A stretch of DNA of 64,000 nucleotides. Source: Octopus vulgaris (Eukaryota). The stretch covers positions 65,658,001 through 65,722,000 of the forward strand of contig OX597831.1 in assembly GCA_951406725.2 (NCBI GenBank), read 5' to 3'. How positions within the stretch are numbered: the stretch's first letter is position 1; each line of letters begins with the position of its first letter. Below, in pieces: positions 62,747 to 64,000 of the stretch. The notes below the pieces were generated by a model. That model was given only the letters and a program-made list of their open reading frames with translations. It did no database searches and was not told the DNA's origin. Made by a program: the position numbers and the translations under genes.

Positions 62747-64000
62747 TTTGATTTAATTTGGCCTTCTTTTATATGCTAAAAGAGTTAGTTACTTATTCGT
62801 TAAGTACCATTCCAATATAATTTGATACAAGATTTACATTATTATGACAATTGGCGCTCAATACAAACTTTTAACAATGACTGACTTGTTATGCTCGTTT
62901 TTTTATGGACATGTCGCAAAGATGGCCGCACGTAAATGATGCAACATCTCGCGAACAAATTAGTTGTAGCTTTTATTTTACAACAGAAATAATTCTCATG
63001 CTGGTCGTGAATTAGAAATTGCAACAACGAAATCAACACACTGGGAAGAATAATTTTGTTAATAAGCTGCCAAGACAGGAGAAAACGTACCACGCTGTGT
63101 TCATAACAGCGAACCGTAGTTGCTTTCTACAAGGTTGACTAAATAGCCATCAGAGCGACGTTTTAAAAGCAGCAAATGAATGAATCGTTCCGGTCTCTGC
63201 ACGGATATGTCTGACAAAAGTGCAGACATTACACCAGGTTCGCGAAGCTGGTGCTAAAATCATGTCTGTTTATGACCCTTGTACAGGGGCATTTCAGAAG
63301 GATCTCGAATGATCGATCACGTGATGTCTGTCTGCTGATTGGTCCATAACTCAGCCGCTCATGTGAACAAGCCTCTGCTGCTATGCTGTGCTTTTAACTT
63401 GACAATTTTTTGATTCGGTTTCGAATCTTGCTACAGACATTTCAAATTTAATATCTGAAATAGATGTGTAGCTCAGTTCAGGTTCATGACCGAACGACTA
63501 GATGAGCTCCACAAATCCATAGCAATAGATAAGACTAAAAATGATAATCATATTAACGTTGCTTACACCTCGAGTCAGCCCTGATTGACCAGACCTAGAA
63601 TGAAAGGCGATCCAACCGTGACTGTCTTGTTTATACACACACACACGAATACAATTCTTCGTTTTTAAAGACGATCGGAAGTGATTTGAACAAGAGTTGG
63701 TGGTTGTTCTTTCTAGCAAGTCAAGCAACCACGTTATGACTCTCATATGCTCGTATTAATATTTATTTCTTTCAAAAGCCGCAATTACACTCAATTTAAT
63801 TGCTGCTTTGTATTCAGCCATCAAAGCAGATCTTCTTTCGAACAGCATTCTGCATAATGCTATCATCTTTTGCTTTATAGGAAACTAATAAATTGATGAT
63901 AATTTGGAATAATGCAAATGATCTGAATTACATTATTTTCACATTTTTAAGCGGCGTCTCTCACTGTGTCTCTCTCTTCCTCCTCTCCTTCTCCCCAACC

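Noticed and set aside
1-64000. Host gene exons
   Set aside because: No ORF with non-transposon protein features and no convincing spliced exon chain; small exons cannot be excluded without RNA-seq.

Overview
AT-rich, microsatellite-laden animal DNA. The SINE families and (TATG)n/(CA)n/(TA)n content suggest a cephalopod such as octopus; this is inference from memory, not a database result. I find no host protein-coding exon, and nearly all short ORFs in the track are microsatellite or repeat artefacts. The window is layered mobile DNA: three tRNA-derived SINE families (here A, B, C); about ten copies of a GG...CC MITE with 8-bp TSDs and internal TTAGGG repeats, plus a second unrelated MITE with the same architecture; Helitron/Helentron-type non-autonomous elements; decayed Tc1/mariner, pogo/Tigger, hAT, Gypsy, R4/Dong-like, RTE and Penelope (GIY-YIG) remnants; and type I hammerhead ribozyme motifs, two with intact cores. 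The centrepiece is an apparently full-length 5.3-kb Tx1/L1-clade LINE (37021-42354). It sits inside a SINE-A copy with a 16-bp TSD, and its 3' terminal stem-loop/AATAAA tail matches the SINE-A tail at 31/34 nt. A second SINE-A body restarts at the same site. This suggests a LINE-SINE partnership in which the SINE carries a target site for its own mobiliser.
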